Source: Octopus vulgaris (lineage: Eukaryota). From it: 64,000 bases of DNA. The position numbers and the translations under genes are program-made. The notes beneath the pieces are model-generated. The model did no database searches, was not told the DNA's origin, and worked only from the letters and a program-made list of their open reading frames with translations. Below are positions 1 to 16,065 of the stretch, one piece after another (the stretch's first letter is position 1; the number at the start of each line of letters is the position of its first letter). Location of the stretch: the NCBI GenBank assembly GCA_951406725.2, contig OX597839.1, positions 8,308,001 through 8,372,000 of the forward strand, in the 5' to 3' direction.

Positions 1-72
1 CATTCAGGTATGTGTATGTACATATATGTATATCCATATATATGTGTGTGTGTGAGTGTATATATACATATG

Positions 73-117
<45 letters not shown>

Positions 118-785
118 GCATGTATAAAGAGATGCACACAAGTACCATTCATGTCTATGTATATGTGTATATATATATGTGTTTATATGTATATGTGTGT
201 GTATGTGTGTGTATATGTATATGTATATATATGCATATAGGTGTGTATATACGTATATATATGTGTGTATGTATGTATATATATGTGTGTTTATATATGT
301 ATATATATATGTGTGTGTATATACGTGTGTGTGTGTGTATATATATATGTATATATACGTATGTCTATATATGTATATATGTGTGTGTGTGTATATATGT
401 ACATGTCTATATATATATGTGGAAATATATATATAGACATGTACATATATATACACACACAAATATTAATGTTTTTGTGCATCCGTTTATGCATGTATAC
501 GTATGTATCGTGTCTAAGTGTTTGAGAATAGATACATCGATATTACGTAAACTATATCATATATTAAGATCTTTATACACACCTACCTTTGTTTATCGCC
601 TTTTACTTCTTGCAATTTTCTGCGGCCAAGCTGGAGCGCCTTGAATCGTTGCCAGGAATTACTTTTTCTCAAGGCTGGTTTTTATTCGATCGCTATGTTA
701 CAGGGACCTAAACAAAGAAAAAAAAACACCGGTTGTCAAGCACTGTGTATGTGGGGGGTGTCAACGAGATAAATGTATATGTGTG

Positions 786-827
<42 letters not shown>

Positions 828-1269
828 CATACATACGACGGACTACTTAATTCCTCTCACAAGACTTTTAAAAATTCCCCAAGCTGTCACGCGGTAGGAC
901 TGATCCCGGGGCCACGTGGTTGGGAAACAAACTTTTTACCACACAGCTACGAATTGCATAAGTACAGGCGTCTGTAGAGATGCATGGTTTGTCATGGCTG
1001 CATTGTTAAGAATTTGGCTCTCCATCGACGTGATTTTGGGCTCGATCCCACAACGGGGCACTAAGACCCGGGCTGACCAAAGCATTCCAAGTAAACTTTG
1101 CAGACAGAAACTGTGTGGACGCCCGTCGTGTTTGTGTGTGTGTGTATGTGTGAGTGTGTGTGTGTGTGCTTTGAACTCAGTGTGTGTGTCCTCGTAACCC
1201 AGCGATTCGACAGAAACACTTCCAGGCGGTGCCAGGACATGGCCGCTGTCCAATGACTGAAACAAGCAA

Positions 1270-1560
1270 AAGGAAGGAAGGAAGGAATGAAGGAAGGAAG
1301 GAAGGAAGGAAAGAAAGGGAAGAAAGGAAGGAAGGAAGGAAAGAGAAGGAAAGAAGGAAGGAAAGAAAGAGAAAGAAAAAGGAAGGAAGGATAGAGAAGG
1401 AAGAAAAGAGAAAGAAAGAAGGAAGGAAAGAGAAAGAAAGAAGGAAGGAAGGATAGAGAAGGAAGGAAGGCAAGAAGGAAAGAAAGAAGGAAAGGAAGGA
1501 AAGAAAGAAAGAAAGAAAGAAAAAAATGAATGAAAGAAAGGAGGGAGGTAAGGAAAAGAG
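1270..1560. repeat. Polypurine (GGAA/GAAA)n tract
   Basis: Direct reading. Confidence 0.95.
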
Positions 1561-1696
1561 TGTAGCTTAAAGAGACATGCGGCACTGAGGAATCTCACAA
1601 GATAGATATTTCTTTCGTTAGTTTTCAAAATCTAACTGAAGCTTATATAAAGTTTCGTTGATTTGGTTATTGCTTAGCGCGTGCGCGTGTGGAGAG

Positions 1697-1744
<48 letters not shown>

Positions 1745-1908
1745 AAAATATTTACGATTGTATGTACATACTTTTATCTATGCATGGGTGTTTGTATGAT
1801 ATAAATTATACAGAGTCCTTGATTATGAGTTCAATAGAAAGGTCCAACCGCGAGCCCAAACCAAGAGTTTTGATTTGTATGAAAACCACTATACACACAC
1901 ACACACAC

Positions 1909-1982
<74 letters not shown>

Positions 1983-2135
1983 ATGTATCTATATATAATA
2001 TGTATCTATATATAATATATATAATATGTATATATATATTTATATATGCTAGGCCACTTGTTTTAATTGGTTAATATCAATTTCTACCTTATTAATTAAT
2101 ATATATATATATATATTATATATATATATATATAT

Positions 2136-2350
2136 AAAGTTGATCCAAACATGAAAACACAAAGAGAAAACACAACAACGCGAGGACGTGGAACAAATAT
2201 AGTATTAATGGACGCTCAGGAAGGAAGGGAAGAAGGCAGTTTTAACGTTTCGTGCGGAGCTCTTCGCCGGAAACATAGGAAAAGGAAAGATCCAGAGAAG
2301 GGAAGACAGAAGGAAAAAAATTGCCAACGGTACACACGCGGTCGCATGTA
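2136..2350 (-). mobile_element. About 210-bp non-coding element family E carrying a minimal hammerhead-like motif (Penelope pLTR-derived?)
   Basis: GTTT-CCGGCGAA-GAGCTCCGCAC-GAAACGTTA-AAAC at 2239-2274; related copies at 25257-25460, 36140-36356 and 48265-48420. Confidence 0.65.
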
Positions 2351-2597
2351 TACATACGCACATATATAGGTATATATATTTCTTTATTGCCCACAAGGGG
2401 ACAAAGAAGGACAGACTAACGGATTAAGTCGATTATATCTACCCCAGTGCGTAACTGGTACTTATTTAATCGACCCCTAAACGATGAAAGGCAAATTCAA
2501 CCTCGGCGGAATTTGAACTCAGAACGTAACGGCAGACGAAATACCGCTAAGCATCTCGCCCGGCCGGCGTGCTAACGTTTCTGCCAGCTCAACGCCT

Positions 2598-2637
<40 letters not shown>

Positions 2638-3097
2638 GTACAGATATAGATATATATATTTATATACAAGCGCATAAACCTGCACATGCACACTCACACA
2701 TGTTTATATACACATAGTGTGTGTGTTTGTATTTCTCACGGGTTAATGGATATGGATGTCCAAAATGCAAACATAGAAACGAAATTTGTATCGATATTTT
2801 CCTTTCCATTCTTCATCTTGTCTTTCTTTTCCTCTTTATTTTCATTCCTTTAGATCTTTCATTCTTTCCCTTCTTCTTCCTCCCCCCTCCCCCACCATCG
2901 CCACCTTTCCTTCAGCCTTTTTTTTCTTTCATATTTGTTTCATGGCCAACTTTTACTATCATCCTAACATCAATAGAAACACAAACTTCGGGCTTCCAAC
3001 GTCCCAAATGTCACATAACGCATTACCATATTCCGATATATGGACGTATGGGTATATGCAAGCACAAACACACACACAAAACCTTACGTACACATGC

Positions 3098-3139
<42 letters not shown>

Positions 3140-3222
3140 GTATATACATATATATATATATATATATATACATATGTATATACATATATATAAATATATA
3201 TACATATCTATATCTCTCTCTC

Positions 3223-3344
<122 letters not shown>

Positions 3345-3351
3345 CATATAT

Positions 3352-3398
<47 letters not shown>

Positions 3399-3542
3399 TA
3401 TACATATGTATATATATATATACATATACATATGTGTGTGTGTATGTGTGCATATTAAATATATATGAATATACTGACAAAGAGAAATGTGTACGTGTAC
3501 ACACACATGTACACACACACACATACACACGTATCAATATAT

Positions 3543-3582
<40 letters not shown>

Positions 3583-3687
3583 CATACGTACATTCATATA
3601 TGTATAAATACATATAGAAACATACTTCTATACATCCGTATATATGTACACATACGAATATAAATCCATACATACATGGGCACACAA

Positions 3688-3729
<42 letters not shown>

Positions 3730-3998
3730 GCACATATAAATATACATGTATACATAGCATATACATTCATATGTACATACAAATAAATACGTATGTATTT
3801 ATATATGTACATACGTATGTATTTATATATGTACATATATATGCTTGCATATATATGTACATATACGGATATATATATATATGTACATATATATGCTTGC
3901 ATATATATGGATATATATATATATATATGTACATATATATGCTTGCATATATCTGGATATATATATATATATATATATATATATGCTTGCAAATATCT

Positions 3999-4044
<46 letters not shown>

Positions 4045-5043
4045 TCACATATACATATATACTATTTGCACACATACACAGCCACACGCACGCTAAACCT
4101 CATATGCAGAGAAGAAAAATTAACCTCACATATATAAAACATCGATCAATAAGAGACAAATAAAATTGTGTATCAAGAGACAAAAACAAACAAGAAAAAG
4201 AAACGACAAAAGAAGAACGAGTGAAAGAGCGAAATGAAAGAATACAATGAAAGAAAGAGACAGGCAGACAACAACGAAGAAGGAAGACAGTGTGTAACAT
4301 AGAACGCAACCGACAAACACAAAATAATTGCGTATATATATTATACTATATAAAATAAATATTAAGTTATAATAATATAAGGTTTTTGTTTAGTTGGTAC
4401 GGTGGCCATTTTGTCTCTAGATTGATCAGCGCTTTCATCTAATTTTCTTTTGTTTTTGTTTTTTTATCAAGATGATGATGATGATGGTGTTCTTGACGAA
4501 GATAATTATGATGATGGTGGTGATCTTTATTGCTATTTTCTTCGCCAACGATCCACGTCCTCCTCATCATCGTTTTCATTACCATTATGATCTTCACCAA
4601 CGCCATCACCACAGTAACCACCGTCATCATCATCATCGCTATTGCCACCAACATTATCTTCAGAATCCATGCCTCTCAGACTGCCGTTGTTAACGCAGAG
4701 ATACCGAACATACTTAAGTTGGAAAATTAATTTAATTTACTGGCCTAACTAGTATTGATTTCACTGTCCACTACCGTCTGAAAAAGACTACACCGACAAC
4801 AACAACTGCCTGAACAACTTAATCAATAACAACAACTACGTTTTCAACAGCAAGAACAACTCCTTGACAATAACAACAAGAGTATTAACAACCACCACCA
4901 CCACCACCACCACCGATGCAGCGCCATCAACAAATACGATAATACAGTCAACATCTCTTATTATCCATATTTCAGTTATATTGTTTCATGATAAATCATC
5001 ATAATCATCATTAACGCCATTCTTTGCCTTCCTAACACTATCC

Positions 5044-5082
<39 letters not shown>

Positions 5083-6999
5083 TGTGGTAAATTTGATAAG
5101 ACGTGTACAGTAAACTTGCCGTGGCGAGTGGAAAATCCAACGTTTCGGTCTGAGTCCTTCTTCAGGAAAAGCAGAGAAGAGAGAAATTAACGAGACACAG
5201 TAGTTTCGTATCCCTGCCTCTCTCATTAATCCTCATTAATTTTTCTCCTTTCAGCTTTTCTCTGAAGAAAGACTGTCCGAAGCGTTCGACTTTACATTCC
5301 CCACGGCATGTTGAATGGATTGTTTTTAATCGACGCAGACCAACGCCTGTTTCTTTGGAGTCTGTTTGCTTATATTTTATCCTTTATCTGTTTGTCATTA
5401 GACCGCGGCCGTGCTGGAGCACCGCTTTGAAGTACTTTAGTCATATGAATCGACTCCAATATTTATTTTTAAACCAGATTTTGGTCGGCTCGAGACTAAA
5501 ATAGAAGAAAGTAGAAACCACGCAGTGGGACTGAACCCGGAATCATATAGTTGGAAAGCAAGCTTCTTACCACACAGCCACGCCTGCGCCATATATATAT
5601 GAATGAATGGGTGACTGAATATCCCTTTCCTTATCGCTGAAAGTCAGGTGCCTCATATCCAACCCATTTAATGCGTCTTCAATCTCCCTGTTTGTGGTGA
5701 ATAAGGTCAGGATCCCTCTCGCCTTTAATTTGATTACTGATGCCGTTTGAATTCCTTAGATTTTGCCTCTTCACAAGCATTCACAGGCAGGGGTTGCTAA
5801 TGCTCAGAGTTGTCATTTTGTTACTCAGATCGCATTTCCAGTTAATCTGCCGGTATCACTGTGGACAAAATATTGCCTTATCCAAGAGACACGCTTCAAG
5901 AAAATTTGCGATGCACCTCGTCTTACTTTCAGTGACTTTTACAGCACGAATTGCCGATAACTCAACCAAAAATCCTGTAGCAAAGAACTAAATATTACCA
6001 ACAGTTGTTGCGATCAGTTGTGTACGTACATATTCGTACCTATATACATCTATATACACACACACACATACATAGTGCCAAAAGCACAACTGGAATGGTT
6101 TTGATGTGACTCCTTGATCAGAGTTGCTCATCAACAACAATAATAATAGACATAAAATTTCAACAGGATATGTGATCGCCATATATATATATGTATGTGT
6201 GTGTATATGTTTGTGTGTCTGTGTTTGTGCCACCAACATCGCTTGACAACCGATGCTGGTGTGTTTACGTTCTCGTAACTTGGCGGTTCGGAATAAGAGA
6301 AACAGATAGAATAAGTACTAGGCTTACAAAGAATAAGTTCTGGGGTAGATTTGCTCGACTAAGGGCGGTGCTCCAGCATGGCCACAGTCAAAATGACTTG
6401 CAACAAGTGAAAGAGAGAGTAAAAGGGAACACTACCACTACCACCAACACTGCAATTACATCCAACTATCGCATTTTTTCTCAACCACCACTCAGCACAA
6501 CCAACACTACCACAATCACTAAACAACAACAGCACGAACAGTACAGACTTAATCCGAGTCACCACAACTACTACCAACACCTACTTCCATACGGCCATCA
6601 CATCCAACAAGCACAGCAATAACAACAACAACATCATTCATTCATTCGACTAACTGGAATACAAATACGGCTCTTATCATCTGGTAAAAACAGATGGCCC
6701 CCAAACAACAATTGCGCGTGTATCTATGTGTGTATCTGTATTTATATATGTTCGCATATTTACAATAGGGTAAACCTCGTAAAAGGTTCAATAATATATA
6801 TAAATATATACATATACATAGAGAGAGAGAGAGAGAGAGAGAGGCATATCATACATTCACACACACATACATATATATATATAGGCATATATATATATAT
6901 ATATATATAATGTACACACATATGCATACCCATTTCGATGGATATATATATATGCCTATACATATATACCTACACATACACACACACAAATATATATAC

Positions 7000-7104
<105 letters not shown>

Positions 7105-7203
7105 CATATATGTGTGCGCGAGTGGCTGCACTTGTGCAGACGTGTGTGTATAGCAGAAACAGCTAAAAGTGTAAACTCAGAAATACACACACACACCACA
7201 CAC

Positions 7204-7249
<46 letters not shown>

Positions 7250-7584
7250 GCATATAATATTCTTTCGTGCTAATGCGAGTGTGTATGTGTGCGCCCATGT
7301 TAGTTCGAACTATCTATATGTAGATATAGTTCATATAAATACCACGTTTAGTACCCAGACTCTTTCTCAGAAATTTCCTTCTTTCTCTCTTTTTTTTTTA
7401 GCTTTTTTCTTTAACTCTTTTTTTTTGTTTTTATTTTATATTCCATGCCACCCTCCCCACCACCACCACCACCCGTCTCACCACTCCCTTCTACCCTCAC
7501 CTTTGCGCAGTGCACCGTATTATTTAGGATGCTGCATCATTGTAGTTGTTGATTAGTTCCCTAATTACCAAATTAATGATCCAG

Positions 7585-7616
<32 letters not shown>

Positions 7617-8040
7617 GCTGCTGCTGCTGCTGCTGATGGTGGTGTCGATATCGATATTGTTGTTGTGGCTTTACAGTGTTTTTCTTCAGAAGACTAGTTC
7701 TATCTTTGTTGACTGGGTGTGTCCTCTTTCTCCTCTCCTCTGCTCCACAGCGCCAAATTTTTTTCCTCTAAATATATTATCCATGCTTTCGTGTGCGTAC
7801 GCGAATGTGTGTTCTGTGTGTGTGTGCGCGCCAACACGTGCGTATGTATGTATTTAGTCGTGTATATATATGTGTATACATACAGAGGAAAAGAGACTCA
7901 AACATTCATGTGCATATTTACATACGTCACATTCATATACGAGTGTATACACACACACACACACACACATACATACAGATAGATAGATAGATAGATAAAT
8001 GTATCGGAAGTAAAAGAATTTGAATAACATCTGCGTTTAA

Positions 8041-8129
<89 letters not shown>

Positions 8130-8136
8130 CATATAA

Positions 8137-11100
8137 ATGTTGTGCGCGCCACAAACAGCCAACATGATGTTGTCGAAAGAGCAGCTGCTGAGCAACAATC
8201 TTTTTTGTGCATGGCACAAAAGATTGTACAGCAGCTGACCTGGCTTCATCAAACCCAAGCCCGCAGGTGGGACTACCCACTATATACCAGACCACCACAG
8301 CAAACAGACACAGGATGGACACCGCCGGCAACAACGTACACCTCACCTCGATACTCCTACTGAACATCAGAGGACTGCAAACACTCAGTAACAGGACAAA
8401 GATCCCGTTCCTGTGAGACTTTGTTGCATGCAATCAAGCCATATGCATAGCACTTACAGAAACGCACCTGAAACCGGACATAGCAGATGCGGAGTTACAC
8501 ATACCACAGTATGCTGTACTACGGACCGACAGGAAAGAAAGGAGTCATGGAGGTGTTGCTATGTACATCCGTGAGGACCTCACACCCCAGGTCCTCTTGT
8601 CATACTCAAACTCGGTGTGTGACACACTAATTGTACATATTAAGCAACTTGATGTAGTTGTGTGTGCTACATATCGCCCTCCAGATGCCCCAAGCCATGT
8701 GGGCAAGTTTGAAGACTGCCTTATAAAAATAGAAGAAATTCTAACCACATTAGAACAACACATAGGTGTGCTTCTTATGGGAGACTTCAATCTGCCCAAT
8801 GTCAGATGGCCCGAGGGCCTTTCTCTCCCAGGAATGACAAGATGTGAACGAGGACAGGCGAGGTCCCTCCTGAACCTCATCAACACCCTGTACATGGAGC
8901 AGGTAATACTCCAACCAACCAGGGCAGGTAACACACTGGATCTCTGCTTCACAAATGACATGGATCTCATCCATAATGTGAAAGTGACACCGACACTACT
9001 CTCGGATCACAACATGATAGAGCTGACCATGTACGGGCCAAAAGAGAGCACGGACATGCAGCCTACAAGAAACCCTCAAAATCTTTCCAGCTTGAACTAC
9101 CATAAGGCAAACTGGAAACAAATTGAGAAAGAGATCCTCAAACAAAACTGGCCTAAATGTCTCTCCTCGCCAGACATCGACGTGAAACTTCAACAATTCA
9201 TGTCTGTAATGCAAGCCATATGCTACAAATGTGTCCCAGAGAGAAAGGCCACTGTACACAAGAACAAAATCCCCAGAGAGAGGAAAATTTTAATGAGACG
9301 GCGTACGAAATTTTCAAATCGCCTAAACAAACAGATTGAAAGCAGTGAAAAGTCCCGCCTAAAAATAAAACTGTTGGAAATCGAAAAATGTCTGCAACTC
9401 TCCCATGAAAAAGAAAGAGCAGACAAAGAAGCCTGGGCTATAGAAAACATAAAATCTAACCCCAGAGCTTTCTACAGGTATGCCAAAGAAACAGCTACAG
9501 TGCACTGTAGAATAGGGCCACTCCTCGAAAAGGATGGCACACTTACAGGAAAACCAATGAGGGTAAGTGAAATACTGAATGAGCAATTCAAGAGTGTTTT
9601 CACTCCACCCCTTGGGCATCTCCAAATCACCAATCCAACTGACTTTTTTACCACTGCAGATATAAAATCAGAGGCGGCGACGATAGATTACATCGATATA
9701 AAGGAAGACGATGTAACCAAGGCTATAGATGAAATGAAAACAGACTCAGCTACTGGCCCCGATGGATTCCCGGCAATCCTCCTAAAAGCATGTAAGAGAG
9801 TCCTAGCAAGACCACTGCAGTTCCTCTTTCAGAGCTTCCTTGCAGCTGGCAAACTTCCAGGAAAACTGAAGGAAGGTAAAATATGCCCCATTCATAAGGG
9901 AGGTAGCAGAGCGGAAGCCAAGAACTATAGACCTATCTCTCTGACCTCACACATCAGCAAGGTCATGGAACGAATAGTCAGAAGGAAGCTGATCACCTTC
10001 CTTGAAGAGAATGACTTGCTGCCCGACACCCAACATGGTTTCCGACCAGGGAGAAGCTGTTTAACTCAGCTCCTACAACACTATGACTGGGTGCTGAAAC
10101 GGCTGCTCAACCACTCAAATGTGGAAGTGATATATCTCGACTTTGCAAAGGCCTTTGATAAAGTCGATCATGGAATGATATGTCACAAACTGCGTGATCT
10201 CAACATAGTTGGAAAACTGGGAGAATGGCTTCATGACTTTCTGAAGGATAGAAGTCAGGTGGTAGTAGCCAATGGGGCCACCTCCATTAACACACAAATA
10301 GTGAGCGGTGTTCCGCAGGGCACTGTTCTGGGACCACTACTGTTCATAATGGCCCTCTCAGACATGCCCTCAGCCACGCAGAGAGCCACGATCACAAGTT
10401 ATGCAGACGATACAAAAGTTTCACAGGAAATACAGAACCCTGAGGACACTAAACACCTGCAATGTGAGCTGGACGAAATATACAAGTGGGCTAAAAACAA
10501 TAGCATGCAGTTCAATGCTGGAAAGTTTCAAGCTTTATACTATCAGCATGCAAAACTGAATGCAATACCCAATGAATACACTGGACCCGGAGGGATTGCA
10601 ATCCCAGAGGCACAAACAGTGCGTGACCTGGGTATTCACATGAGTGATGACGCGACCTTTCATGTACATGTTGCTAAACTGACAATGAAATGTAGACGGC
10701 TGGCGGGCTGGATTCTTAGAACCTTTAGAACAAGAGAACAAGAAACCATGATGGTCCTCTGGAAGACACTTGTCCTAAGCCACTTTGACTATTGCTCTCA
10801 GCTATGGTCACCATCCAGTGTCAAGTTGATCACAGAACTTGAGGCGATCCAACGAAGCTACACAAAGAAGATAGCCTCTATGCAGAATGTAAGCTACTGG
10901 GAAAGACTCAAGAGATTAAAATTATATTCCCTGGAGCGTAGGCGGGAAAGATATGCCATAATATACATCTGGAAGATCTTGGAGGGAAGTGTCCTGAACT
11001 TTGGCATCGAGAGTTACGCAAATGCCAGAACTGGGCGCCACTGCGTGGTGCCTAGGACTCCAAACCTGCCATCAAGATGTAGGACAAGATTCTGTGATAG

Positions 11101-11402
11101 CCTGGGCTTCCGAGGCCCACAGCTCTTCAATATCCTCCCGAAGAACCTGAGAGACCTGCATGGGGTGGATACAGATGTCTTTAAAATGAAGCTGGATCTC
11201 TTCCTGTCAGGTGTCCCAGATGAACCAACTTCACGGCAGGAGGGGCAGATGAGGGCAGCTGCATCGAACTCTCTCATGCACCAAATAGCAGTTGCTAGAA
11301 AGCCTCCATGAAGTGAAACCAAGTAGCAACACCAAATGGCGGTGCCCCAGCATGGCCACAGCTCATAAGCTGAAACTAGAATCAATCAATCAATCAATCA
11401 AT
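8137..11402 (+). mobile_element. Near full-length CR1-group non-LTR retrotransposon (LINE), 5'-truncated within ORF1, with (ATCA)n tail, inserted in a (TA)n microsatellite
   Basis: Putative ORF1 C-terminal remnant (8142-8363) overlapping ORF2; APE endonuclease and RT motifs; 3' hairpin then (ATCA)5 at 11381-11402; (TA)n on both flanks. Confidence 0.93.
8315..11311 (+). pseudogene. LINE ORF2 (APE endonuclease + reverse transcriptase), about 998 codons, with a single in-frame TGA at 8414-8416
   Basis: ORF 8207-8416 (LLLNIRGL) is in frame with ORF 8561-11311; the intervening codons read IALTETHL..RTDR..HGGVAMY. Downstream motifs YRPP, MGDFNLP, LDLCFT, SDH, NYRPISLTS, QHGFR, YLDFAKAFD, GVPQGTVLGP, YADD. 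Confidence 0.92.
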
Positions 11403-11404
11403 AC

Positions 11405-11465
<61 letters not shown>

Positions 11466-11576
11466 CATATAAATATATATACATATATATATATACATAT
11501 ATACATATATATATATACATATATATATATACATATATATATATACATATATATATATACATATATATATATATAC

Positions 11577-11620
<44 letters not shown>

Positions 11621-11657
11621 TATATATACATATATATATATACATATATATATATAC

Positions 11658-12002
<345 letters not shown>

Positions 12003-12297
12003 CATATATATATATACATACATATATATATATACATATATATATATACATATATATATATACATATACACATATATATATATACATATACACATATATA
12101 TATATACATATACATATATATATATACATATATATATATACATATATATATACATATATATATATACATATACATATATATATATACATATATATATACA
12201 TATATATATATATACATATACATATATATATATACATATATATATACATATATATATATACATATACATATATATATATACATATATATATATATAC

Positions 12298-12347
<50 letters not shown>

Positions 12348-12412
12348 TATATATACATATAAATATATATATATACATATATATATATACATATACATAT
12401 ATATATATATAC

Positions 12413-12505
<93 letters not shown>

Positions 12506-12602
12506 CATATATATATATACATATATATATCTATATATATATATATATACATATATATATCTATACATATATATATACATATATATATATACATATATAT
12601 AC

Positions 12603-12637
<35 letters not shown>

Positions 12638-13088
12638 CATATGTATATATATATATATATACATACATATATATATACATATATATATATACATACATAT
12701 ATATATATACATACATATGTATATATATATATATATATATATACATACATATATATATATACATACATATATATATATATACATACATATATAAATATAT
12801 ATATACATATATATATACATATAAATATATATATATACATACATATATATATATATACATACATATATATATATATACATACATATATATATATATACAT
12901 ACATATATATATATATACATACATATATATATATATACATACATATATATATATATACATACATATACATATATATATATATATATATACATACATATAT
13001 ATATACATACATATATATATATATACATACATATATATATATATACATACATATATATATATATACATACATATATATATATACATAC

Positions 13089-13161
<73 letters not shown>

Positions 13162-13201
13162 TATATACACATATATATATATATATATACATACATATAT
13201 A

Positions 13202-13233
<32 letters not shown>

Positions 13234-13320
13234 CATATATATATATACATACATACATATATATATACATACATACATATATATATATACATACATACAT
13301 ATATATATATACATACATAC

Positions 13321-13353
<33 letters not shown>

Positions 13354-13427
13354 CATATATATATACATATATATATACATATATATATACATATATATAT
13401 ACATATATATATATAATATATATATAC

Positions 13428-13490
<63 letters not shown>

Positions 13491-13591
13491 GGTGTAAGCA
13501 AATAGATGTGAAACAAGGTAGAAAAAAGAGTACTCAAATACCAGAGGTAGAGTAATATCCTTTATTTAAAACTAGCAGAAATATAACAAAA

Positions 13592-13629
13592 CCTGTTACT
13601 CAGTTTCACGTTCCCGTTCGTCGGACAGG
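13592..13629 (-). ncRNA. Minimal hammerhead-like motif (U4C variant), copy 1
   Basis: CCTGT-CCGACGA-ACG GGAA CGT-GAAA-CTGAG-TA-ACAGG. Confidence 0.6.
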
Positions 13630-13837
13630 AACGTGGTTATATTTCTGCTGCTTATATATATATATCTAGCAAAAATTTAGGTTCAGATGAACATGGTACT
13701 TAAGTTGAGGCACCAGAATTTAGTACAGTATTATTCATACAATTTCAAAGTAAGGTGATTAAAATCAAAATAAGCAACAAGGACATGCAGAGTTAATGCA
13801 GTAGGATAGTTTCATGCATTACGATATCCTTGTGGCT

Positions 13838-13948
<111 letters not shown>

Positions 13949-14027
13949 CATATGTATATATATATATATATATACATACATATATATATATACATATATA
14001 TATACATACATATATATATATACATAC

Positions 14028-14064
<37 letters not shown>

Positions 14065-14069
14065 CATAC

Positions 14070-14118
<49 letters not shown>

Positions 14119-14287
14119 CATACATATATATATATACATACATATATATATATATACATACATATATAAATATATATATACATATATATATACATATATA
14201 TATATATATACATACATATATATATATATACATACATATATATATATATACATACATATATATATATATACATACATATATATATAT

Positions 14288-14360
<73 letters not shown>

Positions 14361-14406
14361 CATACATATATATATATACATACATATATATATATATATA
14401 CATACA

Positions 14407-14440
<34 letters not shown>

Positions 14441-14463
14441 CATACATATATATATATACATAC

Positions 14464-14612
<149 letters not shown>

Positions 14613-14699
14613 CATATATATATATACATACATACATATATATATACATACATACATATATATATATACATACATACATATATATATATACATACATAC

Positions 14700-14730
<31 letters not shown>

Positions 14731-14743
14731 CATATATATATAC

Positions 14744-14788
<45 letters not shown>

Positions 14789-14821
14789 TATATACATATA
14801 TATATACATATATATATATAC

Positions 14822-14900
<79 letters not shown>

Positions 14901-15001
14901 GGTGTAAGCAAATAGATGTGAAACAAGGTAGAAAAAAGAGTACTCAAATACCAGAGGTAGAGTAATATCCTTTATTTAAAACTAGCAGAAATATAACAAA
15001 A

Positions 15002-15039
15002 CCTGTTACTCAGTTTCACGTTCCCGTTCGTCGGACAGG
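15002..15039 (-). ncRNA. Minimal hammerhead-like motif, identical copy 2
   Basis: Identical to 13592-13629. Confidence 0.6.
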
Positions 15040-15245
15040 AACGTGGTTATATTTCTGCTGCTTATATATATATATCTAGCAAAAATTTAGGTTCAGATGA
15101 ACATGGTACTTAAGTTGAGGCACCAGAATTTAGTACAGTATTATTCATACAATTTCAAAGTAAGGTGATTAAAATCAAAATAAGCAACAAGGACATGCAG
15201 AGTTAATGCAGTAGGATAGTTTCATGCATTACGATATCCTTGTGG

Positions 15246-15374
<129 letters not shown>

Positions 15375-15514
15375 TACATTAAAGTAGAGATAAAACCACT
15401 ATTAGGCAAATCAAACAATGAAAACCTTAAGCAAATACATAAAATTAATTAATTTATATTATTTTAAATATATATCAAAAGTATTAAAAGTTTAATAAAA
15501 GATAATGAGTAAAA

Positions 15515-15583
15515 CACTACGATCGTTTCATGACCGTCCAATTCGTAATAATTCGTGTTATGGTTACAGTCAATCTTCAGGTA
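15515..15583 (-). ncRNA. Type I hammerhead ribozyme motif with intact core
   Basis: TAC-CTGAAGA-T-TGACTGT..ACGGTCA-T-GAAA-CGATCG-TA-GTG. Confidence 0.72.
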
Positions 15584-15604
15584 ATTGAAATATTTATATA
15601 TATA

Positions 15605-16009
15605 CCGCCAACTTTGCCCAAACGACCTGAACATTAGCTACAAGGTTCATCCAAGACTGGGACCACGGGCCATACGTCCCCTGCCCAATTCAAGAACACA
15701 GCATACATGTACACTGCAACATAATTTCTTTTCCTCAACAGGCCCTGCCCTGTTTAACATTGTCCCGAAAGAGATCAAAGAGGAAAAGGATCCCATCAAC
15801 TTTAAACAGAGTCTGGATAGATTCCTTCAAGGAATACCAGATAAGCCACCCATAATTGGATACAACTCACCCAACAAAAACTCACTACTTGAATGGACTA
15901 TAAACAAAACTTGACTTAAACAGGATTTAGATAATTCTATTAGGTGGTGCTATTAAGTTAGACATGGCCTGGACCAATCTTTGGTCGAAACATATCTAAG
16001 TTTTATCTA

Positions 16010-16014
<5 letters not shown>
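15605..16014 (+). mobile_element. 3' fragment of a third CR1-group LINE family
   Basis: GPALFNIVPKEIK..FKQSLDRFLQGIPDKP..NSLL matches the C-termini of the two long ORF2s; 3' hairpin GACCAA-TCT-TTGGTC and (TATCTAAGTT)2 tail running into (TA)n. Confidence 0.85.

Positions 16015-16065
<51 letters not shown>

Noticed and set aside
5620-6000. Complex-sequence island with short ORFs (5740-5991, 5763-5960)
   Set aside because: No recognisable motif on either strand; cannot be assigned without a database search
8545-11385. Antisense and alternative-frame ORFs over LINE 1 (likewise 30159-32306 over LINE 2)
   Set aside because: Shadows of the RT reading frame with no independent motifs
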